DNA of 64,000 nt from contig CAWFAK010000009.1 in NCBI GenBank assembly GCA_963813715.1, positions 1-64,000 of the forward strand, read 5' to 3'. The notes under the pieces are model-generated. The model did not search any database and was not told the origin of the DNA. It saw nothing but the letters and a program-made list of their open reading frames with translations. Positions 11,313-21,611 of this stretch are shown one piece after another. Numbering within the stretch: the first letter of the stretch is position 1; each line of letters begins with the position of its first letter. The translations under genes and the position numbers were made by a program. This DNA comes from an uncultured Planctomycetaceae bacterium (GTDB lineage Bacteria > Planctomycetota > Planctomycetia > Planctomycetales > Planctomycetaceae).

Positions 11313-12843
11313 CTAGTCGGACCCGGTTCGACACTTGGGCACGCCGCGAGCGGCGAGCTCACGGCGGATTTGCGCGAAGTTCGGGCAACGCGACGGGGCC
11401 GGGCGTTCGACGAATTGGCCGGTCGCCACGTCGTAGACTTTCGGATCGGGCTTCACCGGTCGCGACTTGAGTGCCTCGGCCGACAGGTCGAAGGCTTGCA
11501 CGCGGCTGTAGGTGATCTTCGGCCGGCGGCGGTCGATGATGGTGTCCACCGTTTTCACGACGACGCCCCGCTCGATCAGGCCGTCGAGCACGCGGTTGAT
11601 GCGGTCGCCGCTCATGCCCAGCGTATCCCGCAAGTTGCGGCACGTGCAGCCGTCGGGGAACGCCGTCAACATTTCGAGCGTGCGCTGACACTGCCGTTCG
11701 AACGTCAGCGCCCGGCGACGCAGATGCCGATCGGCGTTCGCCGCCACCCACTGCTCGTCGGCCCGCATGTCGAACGACGTGACTTCGCGGACGGTCGTCT
11801 GCCAGCGGCGTGAGTTCGCACCGCGATCGCCGGGGTTGTCGATCGCGAGCGTTTCGTCGACGTCGATTTCCCACAGCCCCTGGTCGCCGAGCCGGTTGCC
11901 CGTGGTGAGCCACAGTTCGTGCCCGCTGCCGACGGCGAACGGCCGACGCCGCGAGACCAGTAGCCACTGCCCGGCGCACTCGGCCAGGCCGTTGCCGGCC
12001 AATTCGTCGAGCGTGGCCGGATCGCCGGCCCGTCGCGGCGGTTTCGAGTGCTGCACGATGAGCACGGTGCAGCCGACCGCATCGGCCAACCGCGTCAACT
12101 CGCCCAACATTTGCCGCACGTCGGCCGCGATCGCCTTTACCGCGAGATTTGCCGCCGAGTGCGAGGTCGGCCGGATCGATCACCAGCAACAGCGGCTTCT
12201 GCACGAGCAGCAGTTCTTCCAGAGCCATCATGTCGAACGGACTGTCGAGCCGCGGCACCTGGGGAGAGATCACCAGATTGTCGAGCGCCGCCAGCGACAA
12301 GCCGCGAGCCGCACAAATCCGCCGAGCCTTCGCCTGCAGAGCGGGGAGGCCGGCATCGCCTGCCAGAAAGAGCACCCGCCCGATCTCAGCCACGGGGAAC
12401 CGACCAAGAAACGGCGTGCCGCTGGCCAGCGCAATCGCCAGGTCGAGGGCGAGCGACGTCTTCAACGTCTTGAACGACCCCAGCATCGCACTCGTCTGTC
12501 CGGCCGCCAGGATGCCGGGGATCAGGTAACGAGTCTCATGCGCGACGGCATTGAGCGCGGAGCCGGTGAAGAGCGGGAACCGTTGGGCGAAGACTTCATC
12601 GACGGCAGTCGAGATCGGCCAGGCCGGCTCCGGGTTGTACGACTCCGGCGCGGCGTCGTCGGGGACCACGCGGAGGGCCAGATCCTCCTCCGGAGCGACG
12701 CCACCGCACCGCAGAAAGGCCTCGAACCGCCGATCTTGCGCCTCGACCGCCTCCTTGTAGGTGCCATACGCCCGCCCGCCGACCATGAATTGTGCCGGGG
12801 CGGGCTGACCGTTGCCGTTTTCGTTGACCGTGCCGTTCACCAT
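11313..12843 (-). CDS. AAA_25 / RepA-like SF4 helicase-type ATPase with probable C-terminal HTH (frameshift near 12130)
   Basis: YLIPGIL, GSFKTLKTSLALDLA (Walker A variant), LLVIDP, GCTVLIVQH; GGAGG RBS. Confidence 0.75.
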
Positions 12844-13118
12844 GGGAACCTCCAGTTGGGTTGGGTGACGGCCGTCGCCCATCGGGAGGCTTCGAAACAA
12901 ACAAAGCCATCGCCCAGACAGGCGACGGCTTTCGTTAAGAAACTTGCGGCGCGTTAAGCGCCTCCGTCATGCGGACATTCAGAATGTGCGAGAAGCGGCC
13001 TTCTCAGCTTCCATTATATCTGCTGTGACGCCGGCGACGCAGGCGAATTTTGTAGGGCAGGCTGTGCCTGCCGCGGTCTTCCGCCCCGGTCCTGAGCAGA
13101 ACTCGGACGGAAGAAAAG

Positions 13119-13183
13119 AGCCCTCGCTGACCGCTTCGGGTTGGTAGGTCGAATTCACTAACCCGAAGCGAGTCAGCGAGGAC
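13119..13183. repeat. REP-like inverted pair CCCTCGCTGACCGCTTCGGGTT / AACCCGAAGCGAGTCAGCGAGG (second locus 26572-26632)
   Basis: Long hairpin; related copy upstream of cysT. Confidence 0.7.
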
Positions 13184-13575
13184 GCCCGCCGGACGGTCGA
13201 ACGGCTCAGCGCGGTCAGATTGGCCCGCGGAATCCGAGAAACGATTCTCCTTTCCCAAGCCGATGGCTCCGCCGTCGTTTCTTTGCCACTCGTCAGGCCG
13301 AGGTGATCGCGCGAGGATAAGCCACAGGGTCGCGATGTTGGCGGCGAGCGCAACAAGAAGCCCGCGGGGAAAACGGCCTCTCGCGGGCTTTGTTGTGAAT
13401 TCCTGTCACCAGAAAGCGAGCGTCACTTCGCCGTCAGGACATTCACCGCGTCATTGAAACCATACCCGCGTGCAGGCTGGTACAGGCGGTCAAACTCTGA
13501 AGACTGCCTGATCTCGATGTTTCTTTTTGGCAACAAAACCTTAAAGGCGTGGCATTCGGAGACGATCGGCGCGGC

Positions 13576-13755
13576 TTAGCCGAAGAGCCATGGAAAGACT
13601 TTGCCCATCCAGGGCTGAATCGCTCGAGCAAGCAGTGGAATGCCAGCGAAAATTCCGCAGACGATGGCCCAGGCCATGAGTGGATGCAGCTCGCCGCCAT
13701 CGTCATACCACTTCCGTTTGCGGCCAAAACCTGGCTTGGTCTGTTCGTTGCTCAT
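13576..13755 (-). CDS. 59-aa membrane microprotein (not in the supplied ORF track)
   Basis: MSNEQTKPGFGRKRKWYDDGGELHPLMAWAIVCGIFAGIPLLARAIQPWMGKVFPWLFG*, preceded by TAGAAT-GACGGT-ATG. Confidence 0.6.
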   Translation of the reverse strand: MSNEQTKPGFGRKRKWYDDGGELHPLMAWAIVCGIFAGIPLLARAIQPWMGKVFPWLFG

Positions 13756-13833
13756 ACCGTCATTCTAGCCGCGGATCACGCCCGGCCACTTCCGCGATGC
13801 GGCGTCAGCCGAGGGTCGTGTCCGTGTTCGAGT

Positions 13834-14145
13834 TCAGTGGAACAGACTCTGAAAACGAGAAATAAGTGACGCCCCCAATTCCTCCTGCAGGTCCTGTTTT
13901 TCTTCAATGAGCCGAATCGTCTCTTCCAGCATTTCTCGCCGTCGTGCGGTGTCTGATGCCAGCTTTACTCGATTGGCTTTCTTTGCCATGTTGATTTCCA
14001 CGATTCGGTCGTCGATTTCCCGAATCCGTTGCCGCTCGCGGTCCCGCCTGGCAGCTTGGCGTTGCATCCCCCAGAGGAAGACTCCGACCAGCAGAGCAGC
14101 ACTCGCGAGCATTACGGCGACCCAGAGGAGCAGCTTCCGCCTCAT
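13834..14145 (-). CDS. hypothetical protein, N-terminal TM + coiled coil
   Basis: Hydrophobic N-terminus then charged helix; TAGAAT-GGCGGC-ATG header. Confidence 0.6.
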   Translation of the reverse strand: MRRKLLLWVAVMLASAALLVGVFLWGMQRQAARRDRERQRIREIDDRIVEINMAKKANRVKLASDTARRREMLEETIRLIEEKQDLQEELGASLISRFQSLFH

Positions 14146-14289
14146 GCCGCCATTCTACAGAGTGCCGGATCCACGGCGCGAATCACGGGGCAATCCAAGC
14201 GGAGCCTGGGACCGAGGAAAAAACACCCGCTGGGCACCGAGGAAAAATCGATCGTCCCCGCCGGGTGCTGGAAAAAGTAAGATGGCAGA

Positions 14290-16560
14290 ATGTCGCAGAT
14301 GAATCGGCCGGGGGCTGAGGCGGGAGTTTGTTCGCAGTGCGGGGCTGCGCTGCCGGTCGAGGCCGTCGACGGACTGTGCCCGCAGTGCTCGCAGCAATCC
14401 GCCCGCGAGGCGACCGGCGATACCACGCACGACTTTCGGCCCGAAGCGGCCAACATGGCCACGCTGGCCCCGCGGACCACCGAGCCGCGCAGTCCGGAAT
14501 TCGCCAGCGCGGCGGACGGCCCGCGGCGGTTTGGCGATTACGAGATCGTGAGCGAGATCGCCCGCGGCGGCATGGGCGTCGTCTGCAAGGCGCGGCAGAT
14601 CAGTCTCGATCGAACTGTCGCACTCAAGACGATTCTCTCCGGCCAGTTCGCCTCCGACGACGACGTGCAGCGGTTCTACACCGAGGCCCGCGCGGCGGCC
14701 AACTTGCAGCATCCGAATATCGTGGCCATCCACGAGGTTGGGCAGCACGCCGGCCAGCACTATTTTTCGATGGATTATGTCGAGGGGCGGAGCCTCGCGG
14801 CACTCGTGGGAAAAGGCCCGCTGCCCGTCCCGCAGGCGGTGCGCTATCTCAGGTCGATCGCGGAGGCCATTCACTTCGCTCATCGCCTGGGTATTTTGCA
14901 TCGCGACCTCAAGCCCTCGAACATCCTCATCGACTCGTTCGATCAGCCGCGGATCACCGACTTTGGACTCGCGAAGCGGATCGGCGTGCGGGATGTGCCG
15001 GCCAGCGCGGGCTCGAGCGATCCGATCGACTCGGGGCTGACGACCGCGGGGCAGGTGCTGGGGACGCCGAGCTACATGCCGCCCGAGCAGATCGACGCCG
15101 ACCCGGCCCAATTGGGACCGGCAAGCGACGTTTATTCGCTGGGGGCGATTCTGTACGAGTTGCTCACCGGCCGTCCGCCGTTTCGCGGTCGCACGGCCCG
15201 CGACACGCTGCTGGCGGTGTTGCAATCGCCGCCCGTCGCGATTCGGCGGCTCAATCGCAGCGTGCCGCGCCGCCTGGAGCGGATTTGCCTGAAGTGTCTC
15301 GAAAAGGATCCGAGCCGGCGTTACCCGTCGGCCGCGGCGCTGGCGGACGACCTGGAACGCTTCACGCTGGGCCAGGAAACGCAGGCGGGCGCCGACCAGA
15401 AGGCGCTGACCCCGCGGATTCTGCTCGGCTCGCTGCTGGCGTGTTGCCTGTTCTGCTGCGGCGGGCCCGTGATGCTGTTCGCCGTGTTTCGTTCGGCCGA
15501 TTTTCACCGGATGGAGGAGGGATTCACCCAGACGGTCGACAAACTTTCCACGTCGGTGGGCAGCAAACTGGTGTTACACAAACTGGCCCAGGCGTGGCGA
15601 CCGCCGGCCGACGGCGCGAAGGGAGGCGGCCTTTTCCCCGAACACGTCGCCGCCTACACGCGGGCCGCGCGCGACGAGAATGTCGTCATTCCCGAATTCC
15701 GCATCGAGCTCCCCGGCTCGCGGGCGGTGTACCGATCGCCGCCAGGGCAGATCGAATTGTTCATCTATCTCGCGACGGCTCCCGAATGCAGCAAGATCTT
15801 TTCGCGAGTGGGTGCATCCTTCAACGACGAACATCTCCGCGTGGAGGGGGAGGGCTTCATGAACTACGCCTATGGGTTCGGCGGCCGCACGCACACGGGG
15901 ATGTTTCTGAAAGCGGCCGACCGCCTGCTCCTGGCGCGGACGACCGACGCCGTCGACCCCGAGCAGTTTCTCCGCGACTATCTCACCGCCACCTCGCCCG
16001 CCCAAATGGCGGCAGCCCGAAAGACGCCCGTTTCAAAATCGCCTGACCAGACGAGCTCTGACGAAAAGACAAACGATGAAACGGCTCCCGAGACCAAGCC
16101 GGGTGACGCCGTCGTGACGCTGACCAACAAGGGATTCAGCCTCGCCGAACTGGACAAGCTCGCAGCCGACGACGGTCCGCCCGCGTCCCGCGCGTGGGAA
16201 GCCGCGAAGGCGTTGACGATCTTGGCTCTGCTCGGCGTGGCCGCGGTCGGCATGTGGCGCGTGTTCGTGAAGGCGGGCCTCCCAGGCTGGGGGGCGCTCG
16301 TGCCGTATTACAACCTGGTGCTGCTGATGCGACTGGCCGGCAAGCCCGGCTGGTGGGCGATCTGGTTCCTCGTGCCGTTCCTCAACATCATGATCTACAC
16401 GATCGTCACGCTGGAGATCGCGAAGAACTTCGGCAAAGGCGTCGCCTACACGCTCGGCCTGCTGCTCCTGCCGATCGTCTTCTACGCGATCCTGGGCCTG
16501 GGCCGAGCGGAGTACAACCCGACGCTCTTGCGGCTGCGACAACAGGCGGCCGCGGTGTGA
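14290..16560 (+). CDS. Hanks-type Ser/Thr kinase with N-terminal CxxC pair, TM, extracytoplasmic domain and C-terminal DUF5684-like membrane domain
   Basis: ARGGMGVV, VALK, HRDLKPSN, DFGLAK, GTPSYMPPEQ, SDVYSLG; C-terminal MWRVFVKAGLPGWGALVPYYN. Confidence 0.92.
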   Translation: MSQMNRPGAEAGVCSQCGAALPVEAVDGLCPQCSQQSAREATGDTTHDFRPEAANMATLAPRTTEPRSPEFASAADGPRRFGDYEIVSEIARGGMGVVCKARQISLDRTVALKTILSGQFASDDDVQRFYTEARAAANLQHPNIVAIHEVGQHAGQHYFSMDYVEGRSLAALVGKGPLPVPQAVRYLRSIAEAIHFAHRLGILHRDLKPSNILIDSFDQPRITDFGLAKRIGVRDVPASAGSSDPIDSGLTTAGQVLGTPSYMPPEQIDADPAQLGPASDVYSLGAILYELLTGRPPFRGRTARDTLLAVLQSPPVAIRRLNRSVPRRLERICLKCLEKDPSRRYPSAAALADDLERFTLGQETQAGADQKALTPRILLGSLLACCLFCCGGPVMLFAVFRSADFHRMEEGFTQTVDKLSTSVGSKLVLHKLAQAWRPPADGAKGGGLFPEHVAAYTRAARDENVVIPEFRIELPGSRAVYRSPPGQIELFIYLATAPECSKIFSRVGASFNDEHLRVEGEGFMNYAYGFGGRTHTGMFLKAADRLLLARTTDAVDPEQFLRDYLTATSPAQMAAARKTPVSKSPDQTSSDEKTNDETAPETKPGDAVVTLTNKGFSLAELDKLAADDGPPASRAWEAAKALTILALLGVAAVGMWRVFVKAGLPGWGALVPYYNLVLLMRLAGKPGWWAIWFLVPFLNIMIYTIVTLEIAKNFGKGVAYTLGLLLLPIVFYAILGLGRAEYNPTLLRLRQQAAAV

Positions 16561-16613
16561 AGATATTCGCGCAAGTGGTCGGGGACGCGGTGATCCGCCG
16601 CTAGAACGACGGC

Positions 16614-16919
16614 ATGAGCGACGAACCGGACATCACGCAACGGCCTGGGTGGAAGGCGGTTGAGCGCTGGTTAAGCGAAAACGAATCGCCACCGCCCAAG
16701 CCCCCGATGCACAAGCCGATCGCGAAGTGGGGCACGCGAGGGCTCCTTGGCGGATGCGCGGTCGGATTTATCTTTGTGTTGGCAGCCCTCGCTTACGACG
16801 GCGACCCATCCGGGAAGGCGCTGCTCGCGTTCCCGATCGTCATGGGATTGCTGGGGATTCCCTGCGCGCTCGTGGGAATGCTCATCGGCTTCGCGGTCTG
16901 GCTGTTTCGTCGCGACTAA
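16614..16919 (+). CDS. small 2-TM hypothetical protein
   Basis: Two hydrophobic segments; TAGAAC-GACGGC-ATG header. Confidence 0.6.
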   Translation: MSDEPDITQRPGWKAVERWLSENESPPPKPPMHKPIAKWGTRGLLGGCAVGFIFVLAALAYDGDPSGKALLAFPIVMGLLGIPCALVGMLIGFAVWLFRRD

Positions 16920-16949
16920 AGCGTCTGACAACAAATACAAGGAGATTTT

Positions 16950-17029
16950 CACCACCAAGGCACCAAGACACCAAGAAATTTCTGATTATTTGATCGAGGT
17001 CGACTTCGTGCCTTTGTGTCTTTGTGGTG
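16950..17029. repeat. inverted repeat CACCACCAAGGCACCAAGACACCAAG / CTTCGTGCCTTTGTGTCTTTGTGGTG
   Basis: Imperfect inverted pair between convergent genes. Confidence 0.55.
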
Positions 17030-17789
17030 AATCATCCTGTTCGATGAGGTTTAGCAGGAACTGGTTGTCGACGAACGGGCGATCGCCCGCGCAGCCCCAC
17101 ACGATGCGGCCGCTCGGGTCGATCACGAATGTGCCGTGCTTGAGGTCTTCTTCGTGGTCGTCTTTCGCCCGCGTGTAGACGCCGTATTGCTCGGCCACCT
17201 TGTTGGCCCGGTCGGAGAGGACCGGAAAGTGAAAGCGGCCGTATTGTTTGAAGCGGGCGGCCGTTGTCTCCGGCGGATCGGCACTCAGGGCGACGACGTG
17301 CGCGCCGGTTTTCGCGAATTTTGGCAGGTCTTCCTCCAGAGCGAAGAGCTGGGCGACGCAGTGGCTGCAGTAATAGCCGTAATAGAAGACGACGACCACA
17401 GGGCCGTCGTGCCGCAGCTCGTGCAGCGCGACGTGATGCCCATCGGTGTCGACCAGCTCGAAGTCGGGAGCCGTCTTGCCAACGAGCGGGCTGGGCAGCT
17501 GTTGGGCCAGCGGGTTGTCGGCCGGTTTTGTTGCCGTCTCGCCGCGGGCCGCCGACAGAAAGGCCTTGGCATCCGTGGCGACGTCGCCCGTCGGGACCAG
17601 GCCATACTCGTCGGCTCCGCTGGGAACCCGGGCAGCGATAGACGATCAGCGCGACGCAGCAAACGGCACCGACAGCCGAGCAAGCCGAGAAACAACCAAG
17701 TGGCCGCCGACCGCCGCGGCCGCCGGACCCTTCGCCGCGAGGGAGGCCGCGTCGGTTGTTGAGCCGGTTGCCGATTCTGTTGAAAGCAT
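16986..17789 (-). CDS. membrane-anchored AhpC/TSA peroxiredoxin-like redoxin (frameshifted)
   Basis: APDFELVD, VVVFYYGYYCSHC, ALSADP, FPVLSD, TFVIDPSGRI. Confidence 0.8.
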
Positions 17790-17865
17790 CGCAGCACTTT
17801 CTCCGTCGACGTTCGTCCGTCAGGTCCGGGCGGCGTCGTGGTTCGAACCACCAGCCGTCCACCTT

Positions 17866-17951
17866 GGGTGGCTGGGGTCGAGCCGCCAGGCGAGCCCCCA
17901 GGTCTTGCGACGTAGGACTGGGGGCGGCGAGGACGCCGACCCCAGCCACCC
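17866..17951. repeat. REP-like element GGGTGGCTGGGGTCG...CCCCAGCCACCC (inverted copy 21421-21483)
   Basis: 32-bp arm matches the reverse complement of 21452-21483 with one mismatch. Confidence 0.75.
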
Positions 17952-18115
17952 GCTGAATCGATCGCGCACGACTTTGGAGCCTCGGCCGTGCGCCCCCTCA
18001 CCCCCAGCCCCACTCCCGCGAGGGGCTTTGCACAAAAACGCCCGTTTGCACAAAAACCCGCGCGGCTGCACAAAAACTATGTTAGCGGCGCGCGACTGTG
18101 TTGACGCTCCAACGG

Positions 18116-18514
18116 TCACCCTCCCGGCCAGAAACAGAGGCATACGGCCGCCAGATGGACAAAGAAGATTATCGCTGCAGAAAATGCGGCGCGGCCACTT
18201 GACCCGCTGCCCCCGATAATCGCACCGTAGGCCGGAAATTGCGTAAGTCCCCAAGCCGCGATCGTTCCCATACCGATCACCCCTCGCTTCATGAGTAGCA
18301 AAAGGCCCGGATAGAAAACGCCGAAATATCCGTAGTCCCCGTGCCCGGCTCCGGTTGAATAAATCGCCAGGAAAAAAGTAACCGGCGTCACGAGGATGCC
18401 AATCACAGTTCCCCAAAAAGCTCCTTGATAATTCTTCGGTTCGTCGCTCATGCCGTCGCGCCCGATTGACGTGAGCCACGGCGGAAACCCAGCACTGTGC
18501 TGTTTGTCGCTCAT
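18116..18514 (-). CDS. hypothetical membrane protein (GAGHG motif)
   Basis: Several TM segments; TAGAAT-GACGGC-ATG header; alternative start at 18451. Confidence 0.6.
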   Translation of the reverse strand: MSDKQHSAGFPPWLTSIGRDGMSDEPKNYQGAFWGTVIGILVTPVTFFLAIYSTGAGHGDYGYFGVFYPGLLLLMKRGVIGMGTIAAWGLTQFPAYGAIIGGSGSSGRAAFSAAIIFFVHLAAVCLCFWPGG

Positions 18515-18523
18515 GCCGTCATT

Positions 18524-18733
18524 CTAGCGGTCTTCGCGGACCACGTAGAAGACGATCGCAGGCGGGGCGGATTCGCGCTTGATTGCCTCAATCGCGTCCT
18601 GCGCGTCTGGCATCCGCTTGAACAGCGCCGCATCCGCTCTGGCCGATGATAGCCCATACTGGCCGTTCGCATTCGGTGCCGTGAGCCAGACCGTTCCGGC
18701 CGGTCCCCCGACGCCCATCACCACGTATGCCAT
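18524..18733 (-). CDS. 69-aa hypothetical protein
   Basis: TAAAAT-GCCGGC-ATG header; protein-like composition. Confidence 0.5.
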   Translation of the reverse strand: MAYVVMGVGGPAGTVWLTAPNANGQYGLSSARADAALFKRMPDAQDAIEAIKRESAPPAIVFYVVREDR

Positions 18734-18900
18734 GCCGGCATTTTAGGGAGCGCCGGACCAGCGGCGAGTGCCGGGGCGAGCGTCGGACCCAAGCTCGAAT
18801 TCGATGCGGTCCTGATCGGCTTCAAGGGCCTCAGACTCCGCGGGCTTTGCACAATAACCCGAGCTTTAGCTCCCGTCCCCGCTCCCGGTACAATCGCGGC

Positions 18901-19077
18901 ATGAGCGGCGAGGCGAAAACGCCTTGGGATGAACGCCTCGTGAAGCGGCTGAAGTTGGCCGCAAACGAAGGCCAGATTGCCAGGATGATCTCTCACGCCG
19001 TCGGCCTCGCAGTCATCGTCATCCTTTGGGTCGCCTCTCTCGACTTCATCTGGCAGTCGCTTCGTCCTCCCGACTAA
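18901..19077 (+). CDS. 58-aa membrane microprotein
   Basis: TACAAT-CGCGGC-ATG header; MSGEAKTPW...AVGLAVIVILWVASLDFIW. Confidence 0.5.
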   Translation: MSGEAKTPWDERLVKRLKLAANEGQIARMISHAVGLAVIVILWVASLDFIWQSLRPPD

Positions 19078-19179
19078 GACGCCCGCCCCAGATTTTTGTA
19101 CAGCAGCCGGACCTTTGTGTAGGACGGGGTCCTTTGTGCAAAGCCGGTTGCGTGCAGCACGAACCTTCGATCCCTGCAA

Positions 19180-20151
19180 TCAGTCGGCGAACGTGCCGGT
19201 GTTCATTTCGCCGCCGGCGCGGCTGGCCAGGGCGTCGTAGACGCTGAGGTCGATTTGGCTGCCGATGTATTGCACGCTGCCGTCGCCCAGCAGAAACAGC
19301 ACGCCCATCGGATGCATGCTGGCCAGTGCGTCGGCGTCGGTGACGTTGGGGTTGTTGGGGGCGTGCGGGCCGCAATGGCCGAGCACGAGCGCGGCCGAGC
19401 CTTCGATCGCCGAGGGAGAAGAATCGCGATTGTCGAAGACGCCCGCGCCCGTGACGGCGCCGGTCCAGGTTGTGTCCGACATGTTGTGGCAGCGCTCGCT
19501 GATGAAAAAGGTGTTGCTCAGCCCGTCGGTGATGTCCTTGGGGCTGAAGCTGTGATCCTCGAGGAACGCGCCGTCGTTGGTGGCCTGGTTGCCTGTGACG
19601 CCGTTATTCCCGTTCACCCCGATGTAATTGCCGCGGGCCACGGTGATCGGCGGGTTGAGCGGATTGCCGTTCGGGTCGACGTTGATCGTGAACTTCTCGA
19701 TCAGCGTGTCGGACGGGCAGTTGAACGACGGCAGCCAGGTGGTGGCGGGAGTCAGGTTGTGCGGATCGCTGATCTGCACGCCGAAACTGATCTCCTTCTT
19801 CAGGCCGGACTGCTCCAGATCGGCCAGGAGAAACGAGGCCCAGCCCCAGCCCATGCCCGTGTCGTTGCCGTTGACGTCGTAAGCCGACGCGTAGGCCGGA
19901 GGCCAGACGCGCATGCGATCGAGATAGTTACCCAGCGCCAGGCCGATTTGCTTGAGGTTATTGCGGCACGTGGTGCGGCGGGCCGCCTCCCGCGCCGCCT
20001 GCACGGCCGGCAACAACAACGAAATCAACGTCGCGATGATGGCGATCACCACCAACAACTCGATCAGGGTGAATCCGCTCCGAGATCGCTGCCGCTGATT
20101 CGCATGACACTGATCCGTCTGAAACTGATCCGTTCGACGCTGTCCGTTCAT
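19180..20151 (-). CDS. DUF1559 prepilin-type N-terminal cleavage/methylation domain protein
   Basis: [61 protein letters not shown]. Confidence 0.92.
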   Translation of the reverse strand: MNGQRRTDQFQTDQCHANQRQRSRSGFTLIELLVVIAIIATLISLLLPAVQAAREAARRTTCRNNLKQIGLALGNYLDRMRVWPPAYASAYDVNGNDTGMGWGWASFLLADLEQSGLKKEISFGVQISDPHNLTPATTWLPSFNCPSDTLIEKFTINVDPNGNPLNPPITVARGNYIGVNGNNGVTGNQATNDGAFLEDHSFSPKDITDGLSNTFFISERCHNMSDTTWTGAVTGAGVFDNRDSSPSAIEGSAALVLGHCGPHAPNNPNVTDADALASMHPMGVLFLLGDGSVQYIGSQIDLSVYDALASRAGGEMNTGTFAD

Positions 20152-20464
20152 GATGACCTCGCTCGCCCGGCTTGCCGCTGGATCAATCTCCGCGCCGACA
20201 TGCCGCTGCGGTGCGCTCTGCAAAAACCAGCTTCCGCTTGAGAAAAACCGTCGATCGGCCGGCGGGAGGCTTGCCCCACGGCGTCTTGTCACGCGCTCAC
20301 AAAGAATCCAACCGCGGAAGAACAGTGAGGGTTCGGACCGCAGCGGCGCTTCGTCGAGCGCGCGGCGAGCACGCCGTGAATCAGGCAGAGCTTTCCCGCG
20401 CGACCAGGTACGCAGCCGTCGGCCGCGCGCCAGCAAGGGCGCGTCGGTGCGGCTGCAGCACGAC

Positions 20465-21237
20465 TCAGGCGGCCATGCCGCCGGCGAGCTTGGGCGGCGG
20501 AACAGGGGCGCAAGCTCGGCGCTCGCGCAGGTGACGGGCACGTCGACCAGATATTCGACGAGCGTTTCGACCGGCTTCCACTGCGGGCGGTCGACAAAGG
20601 GCAACGCGTCGCACAGGAGCGAAATCACCGTGGGCATGCCGCCGCAGCGGCGAGCCAGATCGCTTAGCACGAATTTGACGGTCGCTGTCTTATCGGGCGT
20701 TTGCGATTTGTCGCTCGCTTGCGAATCGTGATCAGGTCGAGCGTGTTCGGCCTCGGCGACGTTTTGATGGGCATGCCGTTTCCGGCAGCAGGCGGGTTCT
20801 TCGCTGTGGCCCGCGCGGGTCGCACAGCAGGCACAGGCGCCGTGCGCGTCGTGTTCGTCGTTATCGGCGGAGCAGATGGTCTCCCCCTGGTCGTTGCCCC
20901 GATGATGGTCGCCGGCAGCGACCGCGTCGGCCTGTTCGCGCTCGGCGGCTGCAAAAACAAAGTCCGGTGGCGTGACGCCGTTATCGCGGGCCCACGCCAG
21001 CTTTTGCTTGTTCGTCATGCAGCAGCAGTGGTGCCAGCACTGGTCGGCCGAGGCGCAGCCGCAGGGCCGGTTCTGGCACGGGTAGGGACGCGAACGGTCC
21101 TTCATGGTGACCGTGATGACGGGAACGCCGGCGATTCCCAGCAGCAATCCGAGCAGGAGGACGACCGCAATCGCCCGCTGCAGCAGAGTGCTCGCGGTTC
21201 GCAGATGGCTGACGTTTCGCGGAAACCGAATGCGCAT
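20465..21237 (-). CDS. Cys/His-rich exported protein with Pro-rich C-terminus (apparent fusion to DUF1559 attributed to a 1-nt indel)
   Basis: [32 protein letters not shown]; restoring one base in the G-run at ~20505-20508 gives [17 protein letters not shown] ending at 20465. Confidence 0.65.
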
Positions 21238-21562
21238 GCCGATGTTCCGCCTCGTTCACGGGAGGCGACCAAGCGCGCCGCTTCGGTCCAAACCCTCGCC
21301 CGCCACAATACGCAGACCGCGGCGCCAGCGTCAATCATCTGCCAGGAATTTCCCAAGTTTGGGTGGCTCGCGTGCCGTCGCGAGCGGCGTCGAGCAGCGG
21401 TGGAATTGGGCCCGGCGTTTGGGTGGCTGGTTTCGGCGTCCTCGCCGCCCAGGGCTTGCCTGGCGGCTCGACCCCAGCCACCCGACAGCCGCCGGCCCTT
21501 TCGTTGCTTTTCCCAGATTTTTTCAGAACGACTGCTCTTGACGATGCTTTGCTGTGTCCTCT

Positions 21563-21592
21563 ATATATCACTCACCAACATGGTCATTGTTC
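21563..21592 (+). promoter_or_regulatory. candidate Rrf2 operator (box 1, autoregulatory position)
   Basis: ATATATCACTCACCAACATGGTCATTGTTC; shares ATATATCACTCA with box 4. Confidence 0.5.
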
Positions 21593-21611
21593 AAGACCCA
21601 CCCAGCCGCCC

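Noticed and set aside
19180..21237. 685-aa Cys-rich/DUF1559 fusion
   Set aside because: A prepilin motif must be near the N-terminus, it has its own RBS and ATG at 20151, and a one-base correction ends the upstream gene at 20465
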